From positions 31,310,001-31,374,000 of the forward strand of contig NC_045712.1 of the NCBI RefSeq assembly GCF_009834535.1: a DNA stretch of 64,000 nt. Reading direction: 5' to 3'. This DNA is from Camelus ferus (taxonomy: Eukaryota). Shown piece after piece: positions 26,406-38,700 of the stretch (its first letter is position 1; each line of letters starts with the position of its first letter). The position numbers and the translations under genes were made by a program. The notes under the pieces were generated by a model, which ran no database searches, was not told the origin of the DNA, and saw nothing but the letters and a program-made list of their open reading frames with translations.

Positions 26406-26638
26406 CAAAGGTCAACAAGCTCTAGTGCTTGAGCCAAGTCCAAACCAAAACTTGATTGTATAAATAAAAGTTTTATTGGAACATAGAACATAACCAAACC
26501 CACCCATTTACATACTGCCTGTGGCTGCTTTCACCCTAAAAACGGCCGAGAGGAGCAGTAGCAATAAAGACCTTCTGGTCAGCAAAGCAGAAAGTATCTT
26601 CTATTTTATCATTTACAGAACAACTTTGCCAACCCCTG
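26406..26638 (+). mobile_element. MER58A-like hAT-Charlie non-autonomous DNA transposon
   Basis: AATAAAAGTTTTATTGGAACA, GGCTGCTTTCA and terminal TTTGCCAACCCCTG. 8-bp TSD ATTTAGAC/ATTTAGAG (26398-26405 and 26639-26646) fits the Charlie target preference. Confidence 0.8.
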
Positions 26639-29600
26639 ATTTAGAGACTTACCTCACATCATACACAAAAATTAACTCAAAATGAATCATAAACTTAAGT
26701 ATAAAAGCCAAAACTATAAAACTCATAGAAGAAAACATTGGAGAAAATTTCCATAAACTTAGGTTAGGTAAAAATTTCTGGGATATGACATCTGAGCACA
26801 ATTAATTTAAAAAAATAACAATTTAAACTCCATCAAAATTATAAATTTTGTTTGTTTACACTTCAAAGACACAATTAAGAAAATTAAAAGACAAATGACA
26901 AATTGGGAAAAAACACTTGCAAATCCTAATATGATAAAGGGCTTGAATCCAGCACAATGAAATCTTATAACTCACTAATAAAAACAGCCCTATTAAGTTA
27001 TTAAAATGGACAACAGATCTGAACACACATTTCACCAAATAAAATATACGAATGGCAAATAAGCATGTGAAAACGCATTCAACATGATTAGTTATTAGAG
27101 AAATGCAAATTCAGACCACAATGAGACACCTTCCACACCCACTACAACTGCCAAAATCAAAAAGACAGTAACAAGTGTTGGTGAGGGTATGGAGAACCTG
27201 GAACCCTCATATATTGTGGGCAGGGGAGGGAATGTAAAATGGTACAGCCACTTCAGAAAGCAGTTTGACAGCTCCCTAAAAAGGTAAACCTAACAACTCA
27301 CCACATTCATGAACAAAATGACCCAGCAATTCCACTCTTAGGTATCTATCCAAGAGACATGAAAACACATGTTCACAAAAAATCCTTGCATGCACATGTC
27401 CACAGCAGCATTATTCGTAATAGTCAAGAACTGCAAATAACTCACCACTGTTTGGACAAAATGCAGTCTACCCACACAACAAGAGACTAGCAAGAGTACT
27501 AGTACACACCACAGCATCAACCAGCCAACACCAGGGGCAGCGTGTGAAGTGCGGGATGTGCTTACATGAAATGTCCAGAAAAGGAAAAAACCCAGAGGCA
27601 GAAGGACCAGTGGTTACTTGGGGCTGAGAGTGGGAGTAGGAGTGACTGCAACTAAGTACAAGGAATCTTCTCAGGCCTTGTACACGTTCTGAAATCCCAT
27701 TGTGATGACAGTTGCTCAACTCTGTAAATTTGCTTAAAAAATTTTTAAATAAATGTTTAAAATCACTGAAATGGGTGAATTTTACATGTAAAATACATTT
27801 CAATAAAGCCATTTTAGGAAAAAGGAAAAGCCACCATCATCAGATAAGACATCCCCAAAGCTCCCCCAGCTGGGGAACCACAAGGTTCCCCGGCTACCGT
27901 GCAAACAATCCTGTCCAGCTCGGGGCCATCGCCCATCTAGACTCATTGCCTGGCCAGCTTTCTCCACCATCCCACCCCCGTGTGGCTGCCAAGCGCACAG
28001 GCTTTGGAGTTGGAAAGTCCGAGCTCCCAGCTGGACCACTAGCTCTCTGTGACGGTGGGCTACTCCATCTCCTCGAACCTGCCCCCTCACCTCTGAGAGA
28101 TGGGATGGTGTCTCACAAGGGCAGCCAGGGACCAGCTGTGACCTAGCTCTGAACCCGCCCAGCCTGGAGGAGATGGGCCTCCCCTACTGGCGCAGACCCA
28201 CGGTCAGTGTCACCTGCCGGAGCAGCACATTTGACCCGCTCACTGCCGCTCTCCACACCGTTTCTCTTCTGGCACTTGCAGTCTTTACTATTATTCTGCC
28301 TTTTTTCCTTCTTTTGGTTAGTTCTGCCTCCAGGGCTGAGGTCTCCATGGGGGCAGGACCCAGGGCTTTGTCCCCTGTTGTCTGTGCCAGGCCAGGCCCA
28401 GTGCCAGGCAAGGAACTGGCTCATAGGAAGCGCCTGCTGGGGCGGTGGAAAGGCAGGGGCTGGGCGCATGTGGCCTCTCTGGTGTGGGCATCTTCGGGGA
28501 TGGTTTCTTGTGTCCTGCCACCTCCTTCTGGGTCCTCCCCTCAGCAGTGGTCCCAGCCTGTCGCACCAGAGCACAAATGACGGTACAGGTGGTGTAGCCT
28601 GGGGACTGTAACGAGCCTGGGGACACAGCTAAAGCAGCAGCCTGTGGAAGTGACCCAGGAAGGGCAGCGGGAGCCGAGGGCTTGGAAGGGGCAAAGACTG
28701 GAGAACGGTGGGACCTGGATGTCAACAAGCAACCAATTTCAGCTGAACCACCAAAGATGGCATGTGCATGGGGCACAGGGGACAGGCAGTCACACACGGG
28801 ACGCTGTGGACCCACGCCAATGGAGGGGGGAGAGTAAACATACTCGTTGAAGTGAAATCTTTCTGTATTTCATACGTGCTTGCTCTGAAAAATGGTGTTG
28901 AATATAATTGCACATTTTACATTAATTAAATTTCCTTTACTTTCCACGGAATTAGGGCTTGAACTCAGTATGTAAATTTATGCAAATAACCATGCAAAAT
29001 AGCAACAATGTGGCATTTAATTTTAAGGGAACTATAGTGCTTTCCAGGACCAGGCCCGGGGGACTGCACACTAGAGGTCTTTAAGAACATTTAACTTTCT
29101 CTGAAGGAGTGAGCAGATGTTCTTTGGCATTTACCTTCTATTAAACTAACTTCTCGTTTGGTTCACCTAATGGTCTTTTCCAGTGATTTTTACTTGCCTG
29201 CTTAAAAACAAGGCGGATTCCCCAACCCTCAAGTCACTTTACCAGCAGAAAAAGCCCCTACCCCAAACACTTCACTGTCACCACCGCCTTCCTCTGGTCT
29301 CCCTCTCTCAAACTGGGCACATGAGTGCAGGGAAGGAAGGAGGGGAGGAACGGTAGGAGGGAGGAAGGAAAAAAGGCAGAAGCGAAGGGGCTCTCACAGC
29401 ACAGGGCCGTGCCCCCCACTGCACCCCACTGGACAAGTCACTTATTCCCCCTAATGAGTCTGCCCAAGCTCCCTCCTGTTGTAACAGTCTCTGGTAGGAC
29501 TAAGCGGGGCACCAGTGCCTTGTTGGGACAGCTAGAGGCTGTCACAGAATTTTCACGCTGCCTTTTATATCGTTTTTGGGGGGGAGGGGAGCGTGGCATA

Positions 29601-29659
29601 GTAAGAAAAGGCTGTTTCTTCCAACCAAAGGATCTGGATTAAAGTCCCAGAAGTAACAC

Positions 29660-29760
29660 CTTGGACAAACTCTTTAACCTCTCTAAGCCTGATTCTTCAT
29701 TTTTAAACAGGATTTACACTTTGTAGAACTGTTAAAAGAACTAGAAATAAACTGTACCTA
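29660..29760 (+). mobile_element. MIR fragment
   Basis: CCTTGGACAAACTCTTTAACCTCTCTAAGCCTGATTCTTCATTTTTAAA resembles the MIR core. Confidence 0.6.
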
Positions 29761-30264
29761 AGACCCAAAAGAGACTTACGTTCTGTCAACCTAAGAGGAT
29801 GTCCCTACCTACACCTACCCACCCAGAGCCCGGGGTGTCTTTCCAAATCCCCGATTCCAGCTCCTGCCTCTCCTCCCTCCGACAGGAGATATCTCCTCCC
29901 CATTTCGTCTTTGCCGCCAGCCAGGTCAAGGCTGGAGAACACCCAGCGAACACCAAACATTCTAAGTTGTCTAGGCTGAGAACAGAGGCTCCACAAACAC
30001 TGTTTTTCCTAAACGGTTCCACACACATCTCTCATCCTAGGCAGCACCTAGGGTCAGCATTACCTCCCCCCAATTTTTTTTTAAGAAATCCTGTGATTGA
30101 GACTCAAAAGAGAAGTTGTTCACAAAAGGTCACACAGCTGATGAGTCTATCCAGAAGTCAGACCTCCTGATGCCTTCTTCTGAGCCTCCTCCCTAACTAT
30201 CTAATTCACCTCCACCTAGCTCTGGTCATTCCATGGACACCTGGTGCCTGTCTCACAGGGTCCA

Positions 30265-30560
30265 TCCATTTAATCACTCAGCAATGACTTACAAAGCACC
30301 CACTATGTGCCAGGCACGTGTAGGTGGACGTGTTGCATTCAATGAACAGACCCTGGAGTCACCGACGTCCGATTCCAGGTCACCCACTGAACAGCCAGGT
30401 GGCCAAGGATAACGCACTTCATCTCACTGCCTCGGTTTTCAATCCATTAAACGGGCCAACAGAATCCCACCTCTCACAGGACTGCTGGAAATTAAATGAG
30501 AAGATACCTGCAAAGGGCTTAGCACAACCCACGGCCCCCACGAAGCACTCAAACGTGAGC
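30265..30560. mobile_element. Adjacent L2 and MIR fragments
   Basis: AAGCACCCACTATGTGCCAGGCAC (L2 3' end) and CACTTCATCTCACTGCCTCGGTTTTC...ATTAAATGAGAAGATACCTGCAAAGGGCTTAGCACA (MIR). Confidence 0.6.
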
Positions 30561-30979
30561 GTTTATCCGTCCCCTAGACTCTGGGGACAGAGGCTGGCGT
30601 CGGACAAGAGCCCTAGCCTCACGGGGCTGCCACTGCAGCGGGAAACACAATAAAAAAGTAGCAAGAAGTTTCAAATGGTGATGAGCGCTTTGAAAAGCGT
30701 GTGACCGCGGGGTGGGCAGCCACTTTAGACTGCAGGTCAGGGAAGGATACTCAGGTGAGCTCTGAACTACAACACGAATGTCAGAGCAGACACAGGAAGA
30801 GCTGGGAGAGCGAACACAGCCCGTGCGGAGGTCGTGCGCCCGGGCAGGCTGGCATCTCGAGGGACAAGGAGGCGCTGAGGCCAGAGAACGGGGCGTGGGG
30901 GTACTGGCACGAGCTGTGGTTGGAGGGGTCAGCAGCGCGGCTCCGGAACCCAAGGGAGGGCGGCTGGTCTTCTCGTCCA

Positions 30980-32150
30980 AGCGTGGGCGTCCACGGGCGG
31001 CGAGGGCACGGGAGCGGGGCGGGGGTCCCGGTGAGGAGATGAGCACCTGGGGTGCGGGTCCCGAGAGCCGAGGCCCCCCGCCCGGGTCTGCGCTCCTTCT
31101 CCCCACACGGGCGGAGGCGAGGCCTGCGGGCGCCCTCCCAGCCCGCGTCCCTCTCGCGGCCGACGGACGCAGAGATGCCGCCGGCCGAGGCTCCAGCGGG
31201 GCCAGCGAGGACCCCGGCCGGCCCGCGCCCGGCGCCCAAGCCCGCCCGCCGGCCGCCCGCTCACCCGGATGCCCTGCAGCACCCGGACCCGCTCCTCCTC
31301 GTCCATCCCGAAGGACGCCCTGCGGCCCTCGCGGCTCTCGGCGCTGCCCATGGCAGGAGGCGGCTCTGGCGCGCCGGCGCTTCAGGAACCGGCGCCGCGC
31401 CACCTGCTAACAAGGCCGCGTTCTATTGGCCGCCGCCAGGGGCTCAGCCAATCGCGGCGCGTGCCGCAGGGAATTGTGGGATTTGCAGTCTCGCGGCAAC
31501 CGCCCGCGGAACCCGGAGCGCGAGGCGCGGCGCCTCAGCACCGACAGCGCTTGGCCAAATCGCGGGCGCGGGGCCGGCCGACGGGGAGCGGAGCCGAGGG
31601 GGACCCGGACACCACCGGGGAGGCCGCGCCGCGCCGGCGGAGGCGCTGCAGATTCGTTCAGCGCGCCCAGCGGAACAGCCAGCGAGCGCTGACCGGCCGG
31701 GGCCATGCGGGGCGGAGGGAGCGGAGAAAAGACGGCGAGCGGGCGCGTGAAGCAGCAGCCCACCGCCGACGGAACCGTCGAACGAACGGAGCCGGGAGGG
31801 AAGCTGGAGGGGCGCCTCCTCCTCTAGCCCCTCCTCCCCGGGGAAGAGCTGGGCGGCGCACCCCGGCCTCCACGTGGAAGGAAGAGAAAGAAGGACTGGA
31901 AAGCGGGAGGGAGCAGAGCAGACCCGCAGGCCAGGAGGTCGGAGGAGCAGCAAGGGGCTCGTGCGCCGGGTGTTATTCCGAGGGCCTGCGGAGAGCTGCG
32001 GAGAGCTGCGGAGGGCCCGCGCTGGAGACTGCCCCGGGAGCGCGCACACAGGGCGGCGAGTGCGCTGTGCCCGCGCTGCTGCGTTCGCGCGGGGCCGCCG
32101 GCCTCGTCGGCCCTTCGTTGCCAGAGCCCCCGATGGAAGTGCGCCTGGAG
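30980..32150. promoter_or_regulatory. CpG island / CHCHD6 promoter with two CCAAT boxes and a ZNF143(SBS)-like motif
   Basis: Very CpG-dense and surrounds exon 1. ATTGG at 31425-31429 and CCAAT at 31448-31452. Minus strand reads ACTGCAAATCCCACAATTCCC at about 31469-31489. Bounds approximate. Confidence 0.85.
31265..31351 (-). CDS. CHCHD6: CHCHD6 (MIC25) coding exon 1, 87 nt, [29 protein letters not shown]
   Basis: ATG in strong Kozak context (gccATGg) at 31351-31349. The peptide matches the recalled human MIC25 N-terminus ([29 protein letters not shown]) and has an MGxxxS myristoylation motif. Donor CGG|GTGAG at 31264. Lies in a CpG island. Confidence 0.96.
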
Positions 32151-33429
32151 CTGAGTAGGGAATCTGGAACCGGGGGACTCTGGACTGTTCCCTGAAATAG
32201 TAAGAAGCATCTGGAGCCTTGGCACCCGGGAAAGGAAGGGGTGAGGAGGAGAGCGTGGAAGAAAGCCTAGTGAGATGCTCTGAAACGAGAACATCGCGGA
32301 TGAAGAAGCCGGTGACACTGGGGTGGGGGTGGCCAAAGCATTTTCATGGACAAGGATATCTGGTAGTTTCCTTCACGCTACTTCGATTTGCAAATCTCCC
32401 TCCACCCCTTCCGTTCTCCATTTCTTCCCTATAAGTAGACCTGTAAGAGTAGGGGATTCTGGAGCAAGTGGTTTTGGAGGGAGTGCCTCAGGAGGAAGCT
32501 GAGATATGGTCTGAGCAGGAGACTGGCTTCAGCCCAGCCCCACGGGGCCCCAGAGCACAAATTACGTCCAGAATTCGTCCCGTTGTGAGGCGAGGGGATC
32601 AGCCTGTGTCCGCCAGAGCAGTCAGTCATTCACAGCCCAGGACAAATCCCCAGTGGAGGAGGCGTCTGTGAGTGCTCAGCAGCCGGCTCCCACAGCAGCT
32701 GGGGAAAGTCTCGATGAGGCACTTTGAGCATCAGCAACGTGTTTCCACACACTTGCAGGGTCTCCCCGGCACCCTGTGACTGGGACAGGGTATGAAGATG
32801 GAGGAAAGGGGTGGTTTTCACTTCTGGGTGGAAGGATGAGATAATTAAACACAGAACTAATTCAGCAAAACGGGACTCAGAGCCACAGATGACTGTGATA
32901 CTGTGTGGTCTCCCCTGCCCCCACCACGTGCAAACTCCTGGAATCCCACCAGACTGAGGGGGGGGGGGTTATGCTGACACCTGCACAGCTCAGCCTCATG
33001 ACCACCCAACAAGCTGTGCATCCCTGCTTCACAGAGGAGAAAACTGAGGCACAAACAGGTGAAGATAAAGTGGTGTGAATCCAAGGAAGGGTGAGGATTT
33101 GAACAAAAGCAGTAGCAAAGAATGCATAGGAAAGGAAGAGAAGATAAATCGTGTTTTTGAGCACCTTCTTTGTGCCAGGCTCTGCGCCGTAGGCACCCAT
33201 GCTTTGCATGCCGTTAGTCCACGCCCAGCTCACTTAGTCCTAGCAACCATCCTGAGAGAGGTGCCGCCCCAGTCTAAGGCCCAGGAAACGGGCTTTGGGG
33301 AGGAGAAGTGTTGTGGCAGGTGCTTTCCAGACCCGTTCTTTGCTGCCTCACAGCAGAACCCCCATTTCCTTAAGTACAACAACATGCCTGGTTAGAAGAA
33401 TTTGTGCCTAAGCTTCCACTGGGCAAATT

Positions 33430-34380
33430 TGAGCACTGTAAGAGTTTGACAGTTTGAACTTATGTTTCATTTTTTTAAAAGTCTGATAGTCCATGTGTTG
33501 AAAGAAAAAGGAGGGGGTCTAGTAAAGGAGGAGGACTCTTGTTTGCAGAAAAATGCCAGCAAGTCAGTGTGAGATTTAAACATTGCCGTTTTGTGACCCT
33601 CAGTGAATTAACTGAATTAGGCAAAAATCATCAATGGATCCTAAAGCCATTGGATGAAAGGTGGTCAGCAAACAGGATATTCACGTGACCCCCAAGTCTC
33701 ACCACAGATTTCTGAACAATCATAAAACTATTGGAATGACGAGATCAGGAGGTCACTTCCTTAACCAAATGGCCAAACTTAGCATCACAAAGAGTGGGTG
33801 GGCACGACTGCTGTCCCTCCCGAGGAGATGGAAGGGACACAGGACATCCCCTCTGGAGTGCTGTTGCCAAAATGTGTGATCGGAGCTCAACTGCTAGGAA
33901 ACACCCAGACAAGTCCAGAATGTGAGACATCCTGAAAAACAGCTGTCCCTCCAAAAGGCTGACATTGTGAACACAGAACACAGGTTTTAAAGATGTGAAG
34001 GAGGCATGAGATGAACTGCAGCAGTGAGTCTTGGTTAGTTCCTGGGTTAAGGTAACGGCAACAATAACAAAGCTATAAAAGGGTCCTTGAGACAACTGGG
34101 AAAGTTTCACATGTGGAATAGTGTCCTAGGTGACGTTATTGAAGTCACGTTAATTTTCTCATTCTCGGGAGATGTATTCAGAAGTATTGGGGGTGGAGTG
34201 TCATAGTGTCTGCAACCCATACTCGCTCAGACGGTTCAGAAAAAAAATGTTCGCAGTAGGCAACTCTAGGTGAACTATATATTGGGATCCACTGTATTAT
34301 TCTTTCACTGTTTCTAATGGTTTGAAACTTTTCAGAATAATAAGCAGGAAGTAAAATTCTGCACTTGGGGAGATAAAAAA
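33430..34380 (+). mobile_element. Ancient L1 3' UTR (L1MC-like)
   Basis: AAACACCCAGACAAGTCCAGAATGTGAGACATCCTGAAAAAC, GTATTGGGGGTGGAGTGTCATAGTGTCTGCAAC and the terminal TTTGAAACTTTTCAGAATAA are characteristic. Confidence 0.7.
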
Positions 34381-34749
34381 TACTCTCCTCCCTAGAGCCC
34401 CTTCTCCCTTGCAGCCGAAGGTGACCTTGTGACCTGTCTCTGGCCAAGTGGCTCTTAGGCAGCTTGGGGCTGGAGAACAGCACAGAGCTGAAGAGAGCAG
34501 TGTGATGGGGCACAGGGCTGAGCTCTGCCTCTCTCTAGACCTGTGCCCCTCCGTTTTCTGACAAATGTAAGAGTGGTGGCAACATTACGTGGAGTGCTTG
34601 CCCAGAGCTTGGCACTCAGTGAACTCATTCAGTAATAGCTGTTGTTATTGGACTCTCTAGAAGAAGAGGAGGAAGAAAAGGGCTGGCAGAGTAGAGAGGT
34701 AAGAAAAGTGGTTTGCTCTGTGCGTGTTAAAGCCCAAGGGGAGCTTTTC

Positions 34750-35720
34750 CCATAAGATCAGGAGAAAGATGAAAGATCTCTGCTTCCATGACTTCTATTC
34801 AGCATTACTCCAGAGGTTCTAGCCAGAGCGACTGGATGAGAAAGTGAAGCAAAGGGCTGGAAAGAAGTCTCTTTGTGGTGACATGATCTGTATATAAAAA
34901 TTCTAAGATGCAGCAACATGGATGGATCTAGAGATCATCATTCTAAGTGAAATAAGCCAGAAAAAGTAAAAAATACCATGTAATGTCACTTAAATGTGGA
35001 ATCCGAAAAAAAGAGAAACAAATGAACTTATTTACAAAACAGAAAAAGACTCACAGACATGGAGAACAAACTTATGGTTACCAGGGGGGAAAGGGATAAC
35101 TTGGGAGTTCAGGCTGTGCAGATATTAACTGCTAAATACAGAACAGGTAAACAACAAGGTCCTACTGTACAGCACAGGGAACTATATCAATATCTTGTAA
35201 TAACCTATAATGAAAAAGAATATGAACAGGAATACATGTGTGTGTATGCATGACTGAAACATGCTGTGCACCAGAAATGAACATAATGCTGTAAAGTGAC
35301 TATACTTCAATTAAAAAAAGAAAAAAATCCTAAGGAATTCTCACACTCACACACACACACACACACACTCAGCAGAGCTAATACGCAAGTTCAGCAAGTT
35401 TGCAGGATGTAAAGATGATAAGCGAAGATCGGTTCTATTTCTATACACTCAAAATGAACAATCTAAAAATGAAATTAAGAAGCAAATTCCACTTACATTA
35501 GTATCAAAAAGAACAGTACGTGGAGGAATAGATTTAACCAGAGAAGTGCAAAACTTGTCGCCTGAAAACTGCAAAACACTTGTCTGGGAAGGTGGATGGA
35601 AATTGATGGGAAGATAGAACTTGGGATGGTGGCTATGTATACATTTATGAACACCAAGCTGCACACTTAACATCTGGGTGTTTTATATGGATATTATACC
35701 CCAAAGAAAGTTGAAAATAT
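34750..35720 (+). mobile_element. Old L1 ORF2 relic split by a younger L1 3' fragment and a (CA)n
   Basis: Left flank encodes ...LF.GDMI.Y.KI.K. Right flank resumes with GCAGAGCTAATACGCAAGTTCAGCAAGTTTGCAGGATG (LELI.EFSKVAGY). (CA)n at about 35343-35368. Confidence 0.7.
34908..35322 (+). mobile_element. Younger 5'-truncated artiodactyl L1 3' end
   Basis: GCAGCAACATGGATGGATCTAGAGATCATCATTCTAAGTGAA...GTACAGCACAGGGAACTATATCAATATCTTGTAATAACCTATAATG...CTTCAATTAAAAAA. 12-bp TSD AAAAATTCTAAG/AAAAATCCTAAG. Confidence 0.85.
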
Positions 35721-38700
35721 CTGTGTGGTGGGGGCAACAACGTAATGTTTTACTTCTCACTCCGGTAAAATGTGGGTGTGCAGAACCTGGCAATCCTGGC
35801 CACTGGAGGCTCCACCATGCTTCTCCTGCTCGTCTGGAACATCTGGCTTTCTTGGCCAACTCAGCAGGACAAGAGTGAGCCTCGGAGCCTAGAGAATCAA
35901 GCCCCAGCGTCTCCTGCCTCAGGGACCACCTCTTTCGCTCACATCCACTGGGCGTTCAGCCCCAGGGCCCCTCCCACCTGCAAGAGCTGGGAAGAGCCGT
36001 CTTTTCAGAGCAGAAGCAAAGAGGAAAGAAATCTAAGCACTGGGAGTGTCACACACAGCTGATGAACAGACAGCTCATTGATCCTTCGCTGTTTCTGAAG
36101 GTCCTTGCGAAAAAGATACAGTACGAATAACAAATTTCAGATGCTGAGATACCACACTGAGCAAAATCAAATCTACTTTGTGAACAGGCGCCATGATAAC
36201 AGGTCTTCTGCGGGAGAGGAACTGTGCTCCGTGGATCTTCTGCCGTCAGAAGGTGCTTCTTGGGCGCTAAGATCTTTGCTCAGAGATGCTGGCCTTTGTG
36301 CACCTTTGAAGGTGAGTTGGGTTTGCTGCCCTCCACTTGCCTCACTTGTTCCCCTTCACTGCACACTGACTTGGACTTCCTTTGGGCTGGAGTTTGGAGA
36401 CCCCTGGGCAGAAGTGAGAGGAGTTGGAGCACAGGAGGCTTGCGGCGGGGGCCGGTGTCTGTCCCCGAGGAGTTACTGAGGGAGCAGGGTCCCGGTGGTG
36501 CAGGACGTCTTCTTGCTTTCTGTGACCCTCAGGCTCCTCATCTGTAGGATGGCTGTGGTTCAGAGCCCCGGTCCCCACCCCCAGAAACCCGAAGAAGGAG
36601 AAGCAGCAGCATTCGGGGTGTCTGTGCTGTTGAGACTGGCACTTTTGTTGAGCAGGCTGTGGGCTGGATGGGTTTTGAGAGGTGGGGGTGGGGCGTCACG
36701 GAAGAGCGGACTGAAAGGAGAGAAGACAGACGAGTAGGAAGAGGAGGTACGGTTAAGAGGTGCGTCAGATGGGCTGGGATGTGTGGTGGACTCGCTCTTC
36801 CTCTCTACGTGACCGTCTTCAGTGAAAGTTTGCCTCTGTCATCAGTGCCCAGGGTGGGATTAGGTCGTTTCGTGCAAGAGTCTGTGTCTGGCTCCTCGCA
36901 GACTAGACGGACCGCCCCCAAATCCATCTTTGGACTGTGGGTAAGAACCCTTTTCTTGGAGAATGGCTGGCCAGTGGTGGCCCTGGGGAAGGCTGTCGCT
37001 GGGCCCAGAGTGGCAGGAGAGTGGGATGTGGTGGGGAAACTCCGGAAAGTTTGGTTGTATCGTGAGGACGGAGGTGTTGAATGCCAGGTGCAGAGTTGGA
37101 CCCCAAGGCGGTGGACAGTGACCCTTGATTTGGGGGTGGGGAGGTGGTCTGGTCCAAGCTGCGCTTTGGGAAGCCTTCTTCAGCCCCAGAGGGGAGGACG
37201 TCCTTGGGGCAGCCCTGGAGGTGGGTGATGTCGAGGCCCGTCCCTGGAACACAGTCCCCAGAGAACAGATTTCTGGGAGCAGAGCTGCAGGTTCAGTCCG
37301 TGGATGCTTCTCAGTCGCTCTGAGTCCGCCCTTCCCCTGCCACTCACACGTGAGAATGCCCGTTTCCCCGTGTCACTGCCAGCACTGGATGTTAACATCT
37401 AACTTTTACCAGTGTGATAGAGAAAAAGCTTGTTGCAGCCTTCACTGCGGATCCCTGGGGCGTGACTGTGTCTGGAGGAAAGCAGCTCCCCATTGCGCTG
37501 GTCATGAGACTCCCCTGCCTGTCAGTCGCCTTCTCGTGGACTTGGCCCCCCTCCTTGTTTCGATCCGGTCCTTTTGTTGCTGGTTTGCAGGGGCCTCACT
37601 CACTCCAGACATCGCTTTTCCAGAGGCGGTCTCTGTTTTTGCCCGTCTCCCCCTTGTCTTCTAACTGTAGATCATTATTGACAACCAAACTTACATCTTT
37701 CTCAGTCAGATCTCTAATCGCGCCCTTTTTTGGCTTGCAGATTTTGTGTGTTAGTAAGGAAGTATCTCCACTAAGATTGTAAGCAGTTTTTTTTAATGTT
37801 TACTTTTAAGACCATTTGCAGTTAACTTTTTATTTTGCTGTGGGATTGTGGTGCGTAGAATGTTTTCACGGAAGGAGCCGATCAGATAGATTTGTGTGTA
37901 GATAGCTCTTACCATTTATTAATATTTTATTGTTTTGCCACTGAATTTAAAAAGCCAGCTTGGTAATGGTGTATTTTGCATATGTACACGATACATTTCT
38001 AGATTTCTCTGTTCTTTAGCTATTTTTATAGCAAGTCACCACTCATCTAACTGCTGTAACTTTATCAGATATTTGGATATCCGACTAGGAAAGTCCCTCT
38101 TTGTATTCTCTTTGCACACTTCCTGACCTCCTCTGGAAATCTCCCTTCTGGGGAAACAAATCACCTTGTCATGTGCCATTAACAGGCTTCCTGAGATTGC
38201 ACCCAGGGCGCCGCTGGATTTAGAGATTAATTTATGGGAGAACTGAGATAGCTCACTCTCCTTGAAGGCCATTCGGTAAACTTTGGTAGCTTACTTTATA
38301 TACTATTTAGACGTTTTTATTAGGTTTCGTTTTAGATATTCTGCGGAATTTGTTGCTTGTAAGAATGACTTCACTTTTCATTTCAGTTTCTAATTGGATT
38401 GTGCTAGTGTGTAATTAAGCCGGTGACTTTTCTACGCTGACTTACCTCTGGCTGCACTGCTGAACTCTGACTGGTCTGCCAGTTGGCTCTGTTGAAGTTT
38501 TCTAGGATGATCATGTGCTCTGCAGGTAACCTCAGTTTTGTCCCTTTCTCCGGTATTGCTGCCGCTTTCCCTTGTGTTACAGCACTGGCTGGACTCTCCC
38601 GTGGAAAGGCTGAGTAGCGTAATGACAGGAACAGTGTCTCTTCTCATTTCATTATCAAGTGTGACCATTACTGTAGAGTTCTGTTGCCTTATCATATTAA

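Larger units (their letters stand above)
25330..27830 (+). mobile_element. Degenerate L1: ORF2 reverse-transcriptase region to 3' end, with an assembly gap and a MER58A insertion
   Basis: Recognisable [35 protein letters not shown] and DLNK segments. 3' terminus CAATAAAGC at 27801-27809 followed by an A-rich tail. Confidence 0.85.

Noticed and set aside
25330-27830. Reverse-transcriptase-like coding sequence as an active retroelement or novel RT system
   Set aside because: Ordinary 5'-truncated L1 with many stops and frameshifts, an altered catalytic motif and a nested MER58A.
30549-32195. Several 200-300-aa Arg/Gly/Pro-rich ORFs on both strands
   Set aside because: Stop-poor CpG-island sequence. 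The only supported coding part is the 87-nt CHCHD6 exon 1.
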